Shown here in pieces: positions 11,171-21,722 of a stretch of 64,000 nucleotides of DNA. The notes under the pieces were generated by a model, which saw nothing but the letters and a program-made list of their open reading frames with translations, was not told where the DNA came from and did no database searches. Each line of letters opens with the position of its first letter. Within the stretch, counting starts at the first letter, position 1. The stretch is from positions 928,001-992,000 of the forward strand of contig CM000431.1 of assembly GCA_000165345.1 (NCBI GenBank), given 5' to 3'. A program made the position numbers and the translations under genes.

Positions 11171-12125
11171 GATTGAATTAATTATTATAATGTAAGTTAG
11201 TAACGGTGATAAGTTAAATTGAGATTTGGACATAAAAAAAAGGAAATAAAGGTAAATTTGATGCTGAAAGAATGGGATAAGAAATTTGGGAGGAATACAA
11301 ATTTAGGTATTATGCAAGCGTGATACAAATAGAAAAGAGTCTTGAAGAAAAGCTTGCATACATGACTATTTCGTGGTAATTCAAGTTCTTTCAATAATAC
11401 AATTTATTCTTGAGAATACATATGAACAGTTAAGTTTTAAAATGGAATATTTAAATTTTCGACTTAAATATTCAGCAAAAAAAAATTAACAAAACGACAA
11501 GAAAACAATTTAATCTTATTTTCTATGCAATAAATCAACATTCACTAAAGTGTTGGGAAAGTTAAAAATAATCTGGAGAAGAAAATATTGTGAGGGTTAA
11601 TGGGGGGTTACGACGTTGTTAGAGTGGGATAGCAGAAAATGAATATTGAGAAGTAATACGATCATTTCCTTTCAATATAATGTCACAGATAACACAGTAA
11701 AAATATATTTAAATTAATTTCTGGCACTAATATTTAATACGCAATAAATATAACTAAGAGGGGAATTCAAGTAATTTTTTATGAGGGTATCGGTGAGACG
11801 GGTACGCAAGTATTGTCTCAACAATTACCCCCATTTAAAATAAAGTTAATAATCAAATTAAATAAATAGATAAGAATAATTAAATAGATAGTAGAATAGT
11901 AAAGACCGGAAATGCATAGACGTAAAAGTAAATATAGTTATATAATGCCAAATAAATGGTGAGATATTTAATAGATAAGTCAAGGGGGGGAAGTTTAAAT
12001 TAAAATTGAATAAAATAGGGGCAGGTGAGAGAAGAGATAAAATCATTCTATCAAAAAAAGGGTAATTTTCATTTTTTAAGAAAACTTGAAGATTTTTTAT
12101 TTCTATAAAACAAATAACCATCAAA

Positions 12126-14225
12126 ATGGTAGAGACTTTTGCATTCAATGCTGATATTCAGCAGCTGATGAGCTTGATCATCAATACTTTTTACAGCAAT
12201 AAGGAAATCTTTTTGAGAGAATTGATTTCTAATGCCTCCGATGCTTTAGACAAGATCAGATATGAATCCTTGACTGATCCAGAACAATTAAAGAGTAATG
12301 AGGAAATGCATATTAGAATTATTCCAGATAAAGTTAATAATACTTTAACTATTGAAGATTCTGGTATTGGTATGACTAAGAATGAGCTTATTAACAATTT
12401 AGGTACTATTGCTCGTTCAGGTACAAAGGCATTCATGGAAGCAATCCAAGCTGGTGGTGATGTTAGTATGATTGGTCAATTTGGTGTTGGTTTCTATTCT
12501 GCTTATCTTGTTGCTGATAAAGTTACTGTAATTACCAAACATAATGGTGATGAACAATACATTTGGGAATCATCAGCTGGTGGTTCATTCACTATTACTA
12601 ACGATACATCAGACAATAAGTTACAAAGAGGTACTAGAATCATCTTACACCTTAAGGAAGATCAATTAGATTATCTTGAGGAGCGTACCTTGAGAGATTT
12701 AGTAAAGAAGCACTCAGAATTTATCTCCTTCCCAATTGAACTTTCTGTTGAGAAGACTACAGAAAAAGAAATCACCGATTCTGATGTCGATGAGGAGGAA
12801 GAGAAGAAGGAGGGTGAAGATGGTGAAGATGCACCAAAAATTGAAGAAGTTAAAGAGAAGGAACCAAAGAAGAAGAAGATTACAGAAGTAACTCAATCGT
12901 GGGACTTACTTAACAAGAATAAACCAATCTGGATGAGAAAACCAGAAGAAGTTACTTTTGAAGAGTACTCTTCTTTCTATAAATCAATCTCAAATGATTG
13001 GGAAGATCCTCTCGCAGTTAAACATTTCTCAGTTGAGGGTCAATTAGAATTTAAGGCAATTCTCTTTATTCCAAGAAGAGCTCCATTTGATCTCTTTGAA
13101 ACCAGAAAGAAGAGAAACAACATTAAGCTTTATGTACGTAGAGTATTCATCATGGATGACTGTGAAGAATTGATCCCAGAATTCTTAGGATTTGTTAGAG
13201 GTGTTGTTGATAGTGAAGATCTTCCATTAAACATTTCAAGAGAATCATTACAACAGAATAAGATCCTTAAGGTCATCAAGAAGAACATTGTTAAGAAATG
13301 TTTGGAATTGATCACTGAAATTACTGAAAAGCCTGATGATTACAAGAAATTCTATGAACAGTTCAGTAAGAATCTTAAGTTAGGTATTCATGAAGATACT
13401 ACCAACAGAAATAAGATCAGTGAGCTCCTAAGATATCAAACATCAAAGAGTGGTGAGGAACTCATAAGCTTAAGAGAATATGTTGATAGAATGAAGGAAA
13501 ATCAAAAGGAAATTTACTACATTACTGGTGAATCTATTCAAGCAGTACAAAACTCACCATTCCTTGAGAAGCTTAGAAAGTTAGATTATGAGGTAATTTA
13601 CATGGTTGACCCAATTGACGAATACTGTGTACAACAAATGAAGGAATTCGATGGCAAGAAGTTGAGATGCTGTACTAAGGAAGGTCTTACTTTAGAGGAA
13701 ACTGCTGAGGAGAAGGAAGCCTTTGAAGCTCTCCAGAAGGAATATGAGCCTTTATGCCAGTTAATTAAAGAGGTTCTTCATGATAAGGTTGATAAGGTTA
13801 TCACATCTCAGCGTATTTCTGACTCACCATGTGTACTCGTTACATCTGAATTTGGATGGTCTGCAAATATGGAACGTATCATGAAGGCTCAAGCTCTTAG
13901 AGATACAAGTATGACATCTTATATGATGTCCAAGAAGACTATGGAAATTAATCCATATAACTCTATCATTACTGAGCTCAAGACCAAGATTGCCAATGAC
14001 AAGTCTGATAAGACCGTCAAAGACTTGATTTGGTTACTCTATGATACTTCCCTCCTTACTTCTGGTTTCTCATTAGAAGATCCAACTCAATTCTCATCCA
14101 GAATCAACAGAATGATCAAGCTCGGTCTTTCTATTGATGAGGAAGATATTGTTGATGATCTCCCACCTCTTGAACCAGTTAATGATGCAGAGCTCCAAGC
14201 ATCTAAGATGGAAGAGGTTGACTAA
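12126..14225 (+). CDS. HSP90: Cytosolic heat shock protein 90 (HSP90/HSP83).
   Basis: 699-aa single-exon ORF. It has the GHKL ATPase N-domain ([39 protein letters not shown]), a charged linker, and the conserved middle and C-terminal domains. It ends with the cytosolic Hsp90 co-chaperone docking motif MEEVD. Confidence 0.95.
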   Translation: MVETFAFNADIQQLMSLIINTFYSNKEIFLRELISNASDALDKIRYESLTDPEQLKSNEEMHIRIIPDKVNNTLTIEDSGIGMTKNELINNLGTIARSGTKAFMEAIQAGGDVSMIGQFGVGFYSAYLVADKVTVITKHNGDEQYIWESSAGGSFTITNDTSDNKLQRGTRIILHLKEDQLDYLEERTLRDLVKKHSEFISFPIELSVEKTTEKEITDSDVDEEEEKKEGEDGEDAPKIEEVKEKEPKKKKITEVTQSWDLLNKNKPIWMRKPEEVTFEEYSSFYKSISNDWEDPLAVKHFSVEGQLEFKAILFIPRRAPFDLFETRKKRNNIKLYVRRVFIMDDCEELIPEFLGFVRGVVDSEDLPLNISRESLQQNKILKVIKKNIVKKCLELITEITEKPDDYKKFYEQFSKNLKLGIHEDTTNRNKISELLRYQTSKSGEELISLREYVDRMKENQKEIYYITGESIQAVQNSPFLEKLRKLDYEVIYMVDPIDEYCVQQMKEFDGKKLRCCTKEGLTLEETAEEKEAFEALQKEYEPLCQLIKEVLHDKVDKVITSQRISDSPCVLVTSEFGWSANMERIMKAQALRDTSMTSYMMSKKTMEINPYNSIITELKTKIANDKSDKTVKDLIWLLYDTSLLTSGFSLEDPTQFSSRINRMIKLGLSIDEEDIVDDLPPLEPVNDAELQASKMEEVD

Positions 14226-14689
14226 TTATTAAATTAGTACTTCAGAAAGAGAGGTAGAATTTGGGAATTTAAATCTGAATAATTTCATGGGGGGAAAAAA
14301 AGTTCGTGATTGAATAAAACCTAAAGAGTAATGTTATTTTTGAATTTACTTGGTAATTATAATTTCTATTATTGTAATTACTAATTTATTCAATTATTAC
14401 GTTGCTTATGCTCTGATAAAATAAGTCAAAATTAATTTATTTACAGTCATTAATGTGGCTTTTTTAGTTATTACTTAAAATAGTGATTAGAAAAGAAACT
14501 TAGTCCATAAATCATGCAAAAAAAACAGAAATCTTGCATTCTAATAGTCTTTTGTGTTTGCTGTTAATTTTGTCCACATGAAAAAAAGAGAATGTACACG
14601 TAAGTGAAGGATAAGTTGGTGAATGTATGCATGCGTGCATGCATATTATTGAAGGTGGTTAAGTAAAATGAAAAAAATTAAATCTAAAA

Positions 14690-17116
14690 TTATACAGGAA
14701 TATGTATATCTAATCTTCCAGCTCTAGTAATACTTTCATCTAGCTCAAGGATATGTTTGTTTGAAAATGCAATCACAATAACGTTTTGATTCTTCTTTTC
14801 AACATTATCTAAACAAAGAAGAAGAGTAGTGAGTAGAGTTCTGGAGTCATTGGAATTTTTTGAAGAAAATTGATCATCATTTTGGTTGTTTTCCAAGAAT
14901 ATATTAGACTGAATTAAGTTTTGTGAAGTCCAATTCAAATTAAACATATTTTTAATTTTTTCTTTATGTGAATTAATTCTAAAAGAAATATCATTAAATA
15001 AATTTGGTGAATAATTAATGAAATTTTGGTTTAATTTGGACTCTTTGGAATCATTTGTTAAGCTTAAATCCATATTTTCTTGAAAAGAGAAAGTATCTGT
15101 TTTATTATTTTGAATTATAAAATTATTTGAAATTACATCAATTCCTTCTAGAATAAGTATTGTAGGAATATTTGTATTGAATAGTTGCCTAATATTTTCT
15201 TCAGACTGTCCAACATAAGGACTTAATAAAGTAAGTATATGTTTTTGTACAAGCTTGTAATTAATATATTGTTTTTGGATATATTTAATTAATTCTTGCT
15301 TTACAATAGAAAGTTTACTTCCATTTAAGTTATTTCTACTATTATATATAAGTATTCTTGGAGTAAATTGTTGATTCATTATTTGGTTTATTTTACTATA
15401 TTCATTCTCAAACAATTTGTAAATTATTAATTGATCATTAACTTGTTGTAATATTGATTTAATACTCTCATCTTTAAAACTAAAATCTCCAGTATTTAAA
15501 GTATTAATCTTCCCATCAAATTTTTCCACAGCTCTATTCTTAAATAATAGCATTTCTTTCTCTTGCAAATAATTATTATATAATGTATTATCAATTACTA
15601 AATTTCTAAATAATATTTCCACTACTTTATAAATTAATTTTTTATCTGAAACTCCAAAACATACTCTAATTATCCAATTCACCATATTAATTCCTGTTAA
15701 ATCATCTCCATTTTTTAATAAATCTTCCTTTAATTGCTCAAAACTATGTTTGTTCAAACTTTGATAATACATTAATTCCAAAAATGTGTCATAATTTTTA
15801 TCTAATAATAAAATAGATATATATTCATTCAATTCCTTTTTTAACCTCAAATATCTACAAAGTAACTCCTTTTCATCCAATTCAGTCTCATTATTAATTT
15901 GTTCTAATAGTAATAATTTAACATTTACATGCGAACACTTGGCGCCAAATGTGTGGAAATTATTTCTTGTCATTAAACATTTTAGGTGGTAAGTATTATG
16001 AAAAGAAGGTTTGGAAGAAATATTATTTTTTTTAAAGATATTAACAAGTTCTGGTTTTTGTGAGTCATTGTATTCAATAAGAATCAGTTTTTTAATGCAA
16101 GTAAATTTTGAAAAATGTTCTTCTAGTTGATCAATTAAATTGTCATTAATTGACAAATTTGAAAAAGATGTAATATAATTATACATAAATATATTAATGG
16201 AAATTATATTTTCCAAATTTGAAATATTAAATCTTGTGATTTCCTCTAAAATATCTTTAACTCTCTCAATTATGTTATTTCTAATATTTTTCAAAACTTT
16301 TATGGAAATATTATTCTCCATTACGTATTTATTCAGAATATACGTAGTATCTAAATAAAAATAACTTAAAGCAATATTATTATTATTAATAATGTTTTTA
16401 ATATTATTAATATTTTTAACCATAAAACTTTCAATTTCTAAATTTTTTGATGTATTATTATTTGTGTTAGAATTAAAGTTTAATTGATTCACATTTGGGA
16501 TAATTAATAGGTTTGAAATAAATTTCATGTAGGTATTCTGAAATTCTTCAGAAATTAGTTTATTCTCTTTAATATATTGAATTTGAAAAAAGTAGTATTT
16601 TTCATTTATTAAAAAAGGTAGGATTAAATTATTGAGTATATCTTTTAAATTATATTCTGTTGAAATAAATTTTAAGTAGTAATAGAATTGCCTTTTTAGA
16701 CCCTCCACTAATAAATTCTTATAATTTAGTAAAAATATATCTGATTGAGTAGTTAATTGTGAAAAAAGAGGTCCAGAAAACACAATATCTGATATAATTG
16801 TTCTATTTGTAATATTTAAGCAATTCTCATTTTTTATATATTTAATATATCCTTTATTAAAATGGCTAATACAACTTAGCCCAGAATGAATATACACTAT
16901 ATCTTCTTTACAAGGATTAATATCATTATTAATTTTAAAAAAAATAAGAAATTTCAAATTTTCCAAATTTAACTCGAGTAAAATAATTCTATCATTCTTA
17001 ATATCATCAAAATCATTATTAGTCAATTTATTCACTAGTTCTCTACTAATTAAAGAAATCCCATCTTTGAGGTCTTCTCTAACCTCGATATTGCATGGTA
17101 TTATATATCTTTTCAT
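14690..17116 (-). CDS. AAA-family ATPase-like protein of 808 aa with a single degenerate AAA module. It is a putative pseudo-ATPase.
   Basis: The C-terminal approximately 200 aa align to a classic AAA domain. SPYVGQSEENIRQLF corresponds to the YVGESEKxVRxLF region after Walker A. ILILEGIDVI is Walker-B-like. LLTTLLLCLDNVEKKNQNVIVIAFSNKHILELDESITRAGRLD matches the second region of homology and keeps the arginine finger. The position where a GPPGxGKT Walker A is expected reads NSRNNLNGSKLS, which is non-canonical. The N-terminal half is unrecognised. The protein ends 6 aa after the SRH, so it may be truncated or have an unrecognised 3' splice. Confidence 0.45.
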   Translation of the reverse strand: MKRYIIPCNIEVREDLKDGISLISRELVNKLTNNDFDDIKNDRIILLELNLENLKFLIFFKINNDINPCKEDIVYIHSGLSCISHFNKGYIKYIKNENCLNITNRTIISDIVFSGPLFSQLTTQSDIFLLNYKNLLVEGLKRQFYYYLKFISTEYNLKDILNNLILPFLINEKYYFFQIQYIKENKLISEEFQNTYMKFISNLLIIPNVNQLNFNSNTNNNTSKNLEIESFMVKNINNIKNIINNNNIALSYFYLDTTYILNKYVMENNISIKVLKNIRNNIIERVKDILEEITRFNISNLENIISINIFMYNYITSFSNLSINDNLIDQLEEHFSKFTCIKKLILIEYNDSQKPELVNIFKKNNISSKPSFHNTYHLKCLMTRNNFHTFGAKCSHVNVKLLLLEQINNETELDEKELLCRYLRLKKELNEYISILLLDKNYDTFLELMYYQSLNKHSFEQLKEDLLKNGDDLTGINMVNWIIRVCFGVSDKKLIYKVVEILFRNLVIDNTLYNNYLQEKEMLLFKNRAVEKFDGKINTLNTGDFSFKDESIKSILQQVNDQLIIYKLFENEYSKINQIMNQQFTPRILIYNSRNNLNGSKLSIVKQELIKYIQKQYINYKLVQKHILTLLSPYVGQSEENIRQLFNTNIPTILILEGIDVISNNFIIQNNKTDTFSFQENMDLSLTNDSKESKLNQNFINYSPNLFNDISFRINSHKEKIKNMFNLNWTSQNLIQSNIFLENNQNDDQFSSKNSNDSRTLLTTLLLCLDNVEKKNQNVIVIAFSNKHILELDESITRAGRLDIHIPV

Positions 17117-17564
17117 TCAGTCCATCAATTTTGTTATTTTTTTCTTGATTTATTTCCATTTACATTTATAATACATTATTTTGAATGCATATTTTGTATG
17201 TAAACTTTATGTAAAATAAGATAATTTATATTCTACTTATTACGTGTAAAATATAATATATATTATACTAAGCGGCTAATTTCCTTATACAATATTTTAA
17301 TATATAAATTACAAGGAGGAAAAAAAATAGAAATAATAAGAATGAATTCGGGATAAAAAAAGAAATTATAGATAAAATCATAATCTCCAAATAACAAAAT
17401 ATAGAATCTATTATCCTTGATGTAGAATGCCTCTAACTTCTTTCAACAGGCCTTATTCAGTTTCACCTTCCTCTTAGACTATATAAGTACAGTCAAATCT
17501 ATAGAATAGACCTTAAATCATTCGAGTAAATCAATTACAAGATACTTTTCATCATTCGTATATG

Positions 17565-17613
<49 letters not shown>

Positions 17614-17711
17614 AATGATGTTAAATGGAAGGTATTCCAGATTAAAGACCGGAAATAAGCAAAAGAGGATGATGTTTTGAATTTGAGGTCGCTGATGAAG
17701 TATTAAGGATT

Positions 17712-18325
17712 TCATTGAAGAACCTTACGCTTTTGTTTCAAATTGGCTGCTCTAGCCTTACGAGCATCAAGCTGATCTTGTAATGCCTTCTCCTTAAGAT
17801 GTTCTGCCTTAGCGATGTGAATAGCTTCAATCAAGACTCTCTTATTCTTGTATTGGTTACCCTTTGATTTTAAGTAGAATTGTTTGTACATAGTCTTATT
17901 AATTTTGCCAGATTCACGATATTTACGTAAGAGACGTCTTAATACTCTTTGACGACGCATCCATAAGACCTTCTCTGGTCTTCTGGCATCCTTTGTACCT
18001 CTTCTTTTACCAAGACCCATAGAACGACCTTTTCTCTTAGCCTCATGGACTCTACTAATTCTAGCTCTTGAGTGAGTAGCAACAGCCTTCTTCAAGATCA
18101 AACCATCCTTGTATAATTTACGGATACTTTGACGAGAGTTCGCTGTTGAGATTGTGTCCATTTCAGTTGGGTCCAACCATACTCTATTTGCTCCACATTT
18201 TAAAACCTCCTTTGCTAAACGTTTTTGTAATATCAAAGGCTAATAATTTAAATAGAAACAAGATGAGTTAATATTATCCAGAATAAAGAAAATTTAAGAT
18301 TCAGGTGTGAAAATAAACTTACCAT
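17712..18325 (-). CDS. RPL19: 60S ribosomal protein L19e. Two exons: join(complement(18323..18325), complement(17712..18239)). The first exon is ATG only.
   Basis: The ORF 17712..18236 is L19e throughout ([45 protein letters not shown]...). It starts at a TTG and lacks an ATG. About 85 nt upstream on the minus strand lies ATG|GTAAGT. An acceptor ...ATTATTAG|CCT TTG ATA follows, giving [13 protein letters not shown]..., the normal L19e N-terminus. Confidence 0.85.
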
Positions 18326-19305
18326 TCTTACTAGTTATTTGATTCCTTTAATCAACGTGAAATTTAACTTTGATTTTTTTTTTAAAAAAAAAGTTTCCTC
18401 CTTTTTTTCCGGTGGATGTTTTTTTTCCCTTGAAGAATATTCACCTTAATTTAAAAAAGAAACAAAATATACTTATTGTCACGTGTATATTTTACGTTGA
18501 CTTTTAATTATTATATTATATTTACTTTAGTATATAATTTATTAATTATTTATTTAAACAAAAAAAAAATAAATATTTGTCTCGTCGGTACCGCTTTAAT
18601 GCCGGTCAATATATTATTATTTTCAAGAAGAAAAAAAAATATTTTTATTTTAAATAAAAATTGTCTCAAAAATGGGCGCCAATTATAACTTATGAATTGA
18701 ATATATAAATAATAATAAATGCATGAATTAGAGGAATTTTTTTTTTGTTCTTATTTAGAATTTCAATTGATAAATACAATTTTAAAATAAAGATTTAGTG
18801 ATATGAAATGAAGATAGAAGAAGATAAAACTTTTAATTGTTGATATTAAATCTTTATTAATTTCTTTTGAGTACTATGTTTTTTTTTTTCTTAATATAAA
18901 AAAAGTTATATACAAATTTAATACTCAATTATAATTATAAGGAAAAAAGATAAGCGCACACAAAATCTTTAGTTATTAAGTATTTATTAAAACCTCAAAG
19001 TTAAATAATATTGCATTATTTGTAAATTAGTATATTTAACCTTTTAAAAGGGTCCTATTTTAAATTGTATAAATAAAATGATTTATCGATTTCTAAAAAA
19101 AAAATCTTAACTTTAATAAGTTGGTCTTGTTAAATTACATTCAATAATTCTAAATAACTTATCTGAAAAATTTTAAAACCAAATATATTATGGCTAACAC
19201 GTAATATATTTATTAATGTAAAATAAAAAGGTTTGCACTTTACCGCCAAAAGTCTAAATAAATATTAATTTAAATATAGGAATAATTTGATCATTATAAA
19301 TTAAT

Positions 19306-20691
19306 ATGGATGGAATACAGGAAAATTTTTCAAAGACTTTAGATATTGATTGTAATTCATCCATTTCATCTGTAGTTTTGACAGAATTTTATGCATTTGT
19401 TGGTTTAATAGGAGAAGAATCAAATGTAAATGTATATTGTTATAAAGATCATGAAGATAATAAAGACAAGAATTATAAACCTAAATATATATTAGAAAAT
19501 AACCATGGTGGGATTTCAAAACTTGTTTTATCTCCCTGTAAGAATTTATTGATGGGTTTAACATGTTATGGATGGATATATATTTGGAATATTGAACAAT
19601 TAGGTAATAATACAAATAATGATGTTGAAATGAGTATAGAAGAAAATAATAATAAATCCAATATTAAGAGTAATATTAATGAATTAACCGAGGAAATTCC
19701 AGTGATAAAGCCAGATATATTCTTTATGAATGGCCATCCTGGTGATTCTATTTGTGTAGAATTTATTAATTCAAAAATAATAATAGCAGCTGGAATTAAT
19801 CCAGGCTCTAGTATTACTTTTATATCAGTAAAAACTGGAAAAAGAGTTGGTCAATATATTTCTAGAAAGAATGAAATATCAGGTCTAGCATGGCCAATGT
19901 ACTATAAATTTGATGAGAAAGAAATTAAAGAACAAAATTTTGAGCTTGCAGTATTTTCTTTTACAAACATTGCCATAGAAAGGTCAAGCTCAAGTGGAGG
20001 ATGTTGGATTGCTCTCGGTGGTTCTAATGGACTTATTACTTTAATATACCTACCATTTGCAACTATTTCAAAGTTTGAAAAGTTATATGAAACCATTAAT
20101 ATTGAAAATGAGGATATTAACTTGTCAAATACAGAATTTCTATGGAAATGCCATCAAGTTAGTGAATTATCTACAGAAATTAAATCATTAATATGGAGAC
20201 CTCGTAATAATAATAATACTGGATTATGTCTTGTATACGGTACCGATGATTCATTATTACGATATTGTTTTATTGAGGCTGAAAATAAAAATATTATGAT
20301 TAAAAAAGTTAATTTAGTAAAAATAACTGATGGCACTTCAACTTGTAGTGAAATTAATTCTATTTCTTTTCCTATGGATGGACAAAATAATTCTATTTTG
20401 GCTGTAGGATTTAATAGATTTTCATCAGCAAAAAGGCATCCAATATTTGCTACTTCAGAAAATTTGACCAAGAAATCTCAGTCATTTTCTTCATTTAAAG
20501 TTTATATTCAAGATGTTATAACTTATTCAAATAATAGTAACAACGCAACATCATCTACGTATACTCATTTCTATTGTATAGGAAATCATTATGATATAAT
20601 TACAAGTGTACATATTAGCCCATGCTGTAGATATATTGCTTCGTCTTCTATTGATGGACATGTACACATATATAAAAAATCAAAGGTTTAG
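19306..20691 (+). CDS. Hypothetical protein of 461 aa, possibly containing WD40 repeats.
   Basis: Long ORF. Segments such as LVLSPCKNLLMGLTCYGWIYIWNI and SPCCRYIASSSIDGHVHIYKK resemble WD-repeat ends (GH...WD-like). No confident family assignment. Confidence 0.4.
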   Translation: MDGIQENFSKTLDIDCNSSISSVVLTEFYAFVGLIGEESNVNVYCYKDHEDNKDKNYKPKYILENNHGGISKLVLSPCKNLLMGLTCYGWIYIWNIEQLGNNTNNDVEMSIEENNNKSNIKSNINELTEEIPVIKPDIFFMNGHPGDSICVEFINSKIIIAAGINPGSSITFISVKTGKRVGQYISRKNEISGLAWPMYYKFDEKEIKEQNFELAVFSFTNIAIERSSSSGGCWIALGGSNGLITLIYLPFATISKFEKLYETINIENEDINLSNTEFLWKCHQVSELSTEIKSLIWRPRNNNNTGLCLVYGTDDSLLRYCFIEAENKNIMIKKVNLVKITDGTSTCSEINSISFPMDGQNNSILAVGFNRFSSAKRHPIFATSENLTKKSQSFSSFKVYIQDVITYSNNSNNATSSTYTHFYCIGNHYDIITSVHISPCCRYIASSSIDGHVHIYKKSKV

Positions 20692-20771
20692 TAATTATAG
20701 ACTTCTTATATAGTAGAAAAAAAAAATTATAAACTTATAAATCCTAGCTCAAATTTCATTTAGTGTTATCG

Positions 20772-21182
20772 CTACTTAATTAAACCTTTTATATTTTTCA
20801 TTGAAGTTCCTATAACTTCTCCTCCAAGAATGATCTCATCTATAATTTTCATATACTTCTTATTATTGTAAATCACATCCACATCTGAAATATCACGTGA
20901 ATGACTTCCAAATGCTTCATTTATTAGTTGTATTGTTGCAAGCATAAGCAAAATATTCTCATCAAAATCTACTCCTGTTATCATGAATATTTTCTTATAT
21001 TTTTTAAATATAATTCGTGTATCTCCCAATGTAAAATAAGAAAGATGTTTTTCTTCTAGGCATGAAAGTCTTTCCTTTATAGCTTCCTGTAATCTATTTC
21101 TGTTTTCAATATTTTCTGAATTATACCACTTTGAAAATATTGTACTTCCACTTAAATTTTGAATAATAAAGAAATGGATCAT
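20772..21182 (-). CDS. Clathrin adaptor (AP) complex small sigma subunit.
   Basis: 136 aa. It opens MIHFFIIQN...SKWY and has ...IQLINEAFGSHSRDISDVDVIYNNKKYMKIIDEIILGGEVIGTSMKNI. This matches the sigma-adaptin core (NELxxLExIHxFVExLDxYFGNVCELDIIFNFxKAYxILDExLLGGExQETSKKNV, established family knowledge). Coatomer zeta is a weaker alternative. Confidence 0.7.
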   Translation of the reverse strand: MIHFFIIQNLSGSTIFSKWYNSENIENRNRLQEAIKERLSCLEEKHLSYFTLGDTRIIFKKYKKIFMITGVDFDENILLMLATIQLINEAFGSHSRDISDVDVIYNNKKYMKIIDEIILGGEVIGTSMKNIKGLIK

Positions 21183-21722
21183 TTTCTTTGTTTATTTTCC
21201 ACTTTTTATTAATTAATATTAGTACAATAATGAATACTGGTTCTCATTAAAATGTAAGAATTTTCAGAACTTCTTCATTTCAATAAATATTAGAAATTAT
21301 TTTATTCTTATTATTAAGACTTTTTCTTATAGAATTTTTTTATTTTATTTTTATTTTTTTAATCGTTTTTAGCTTGCAATTATGCCGGTATAGGAAATCG
21401 GACTTTTTAAAAAAAACATTTGCACCCCACATTTTACCGCCACACGTAATTAGTAATTTTTACATGAATTAATTAAACATGGGATATAATTATCAATGTA
21501 AAAATAAATTATTAAAAAAAAAAAAAAAAAAGTTGACAATAGAAATTCGTGGAAAAATTAATTTATAATTAAGAATTTTCATTCGAGAATATTAATAATA
21601 AGATTTCAATAATTTCAATCAAGTTTGAATTGAGGTGAAAAAGTGAAAATAGGGAACAGAAAAGGACTTGTGTGAATTGATGAATTCAAGAAAATTGCAT
21701 CTACAACTATTTTTGAGCTAAA

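Noticed and set aside
11300-11420. A possible heat-shock element upstream of Hsp90 (CTTGAAGAAAAGCTT, TTCTTGAGAATAC).
   Set aside because: It does not satisfy the three-unit alternating nGAAn/nTTCn rule. It is too degenerate to call.
14690-14700. A possible GTATAA donor at the stop codon of the AAA-like gene that would extend its C-terminus.
   Set aside because: No convincing acceptor or downstream exon with AAA-lid homology was found by eye. It is left as an open question inside the corresponding finding.
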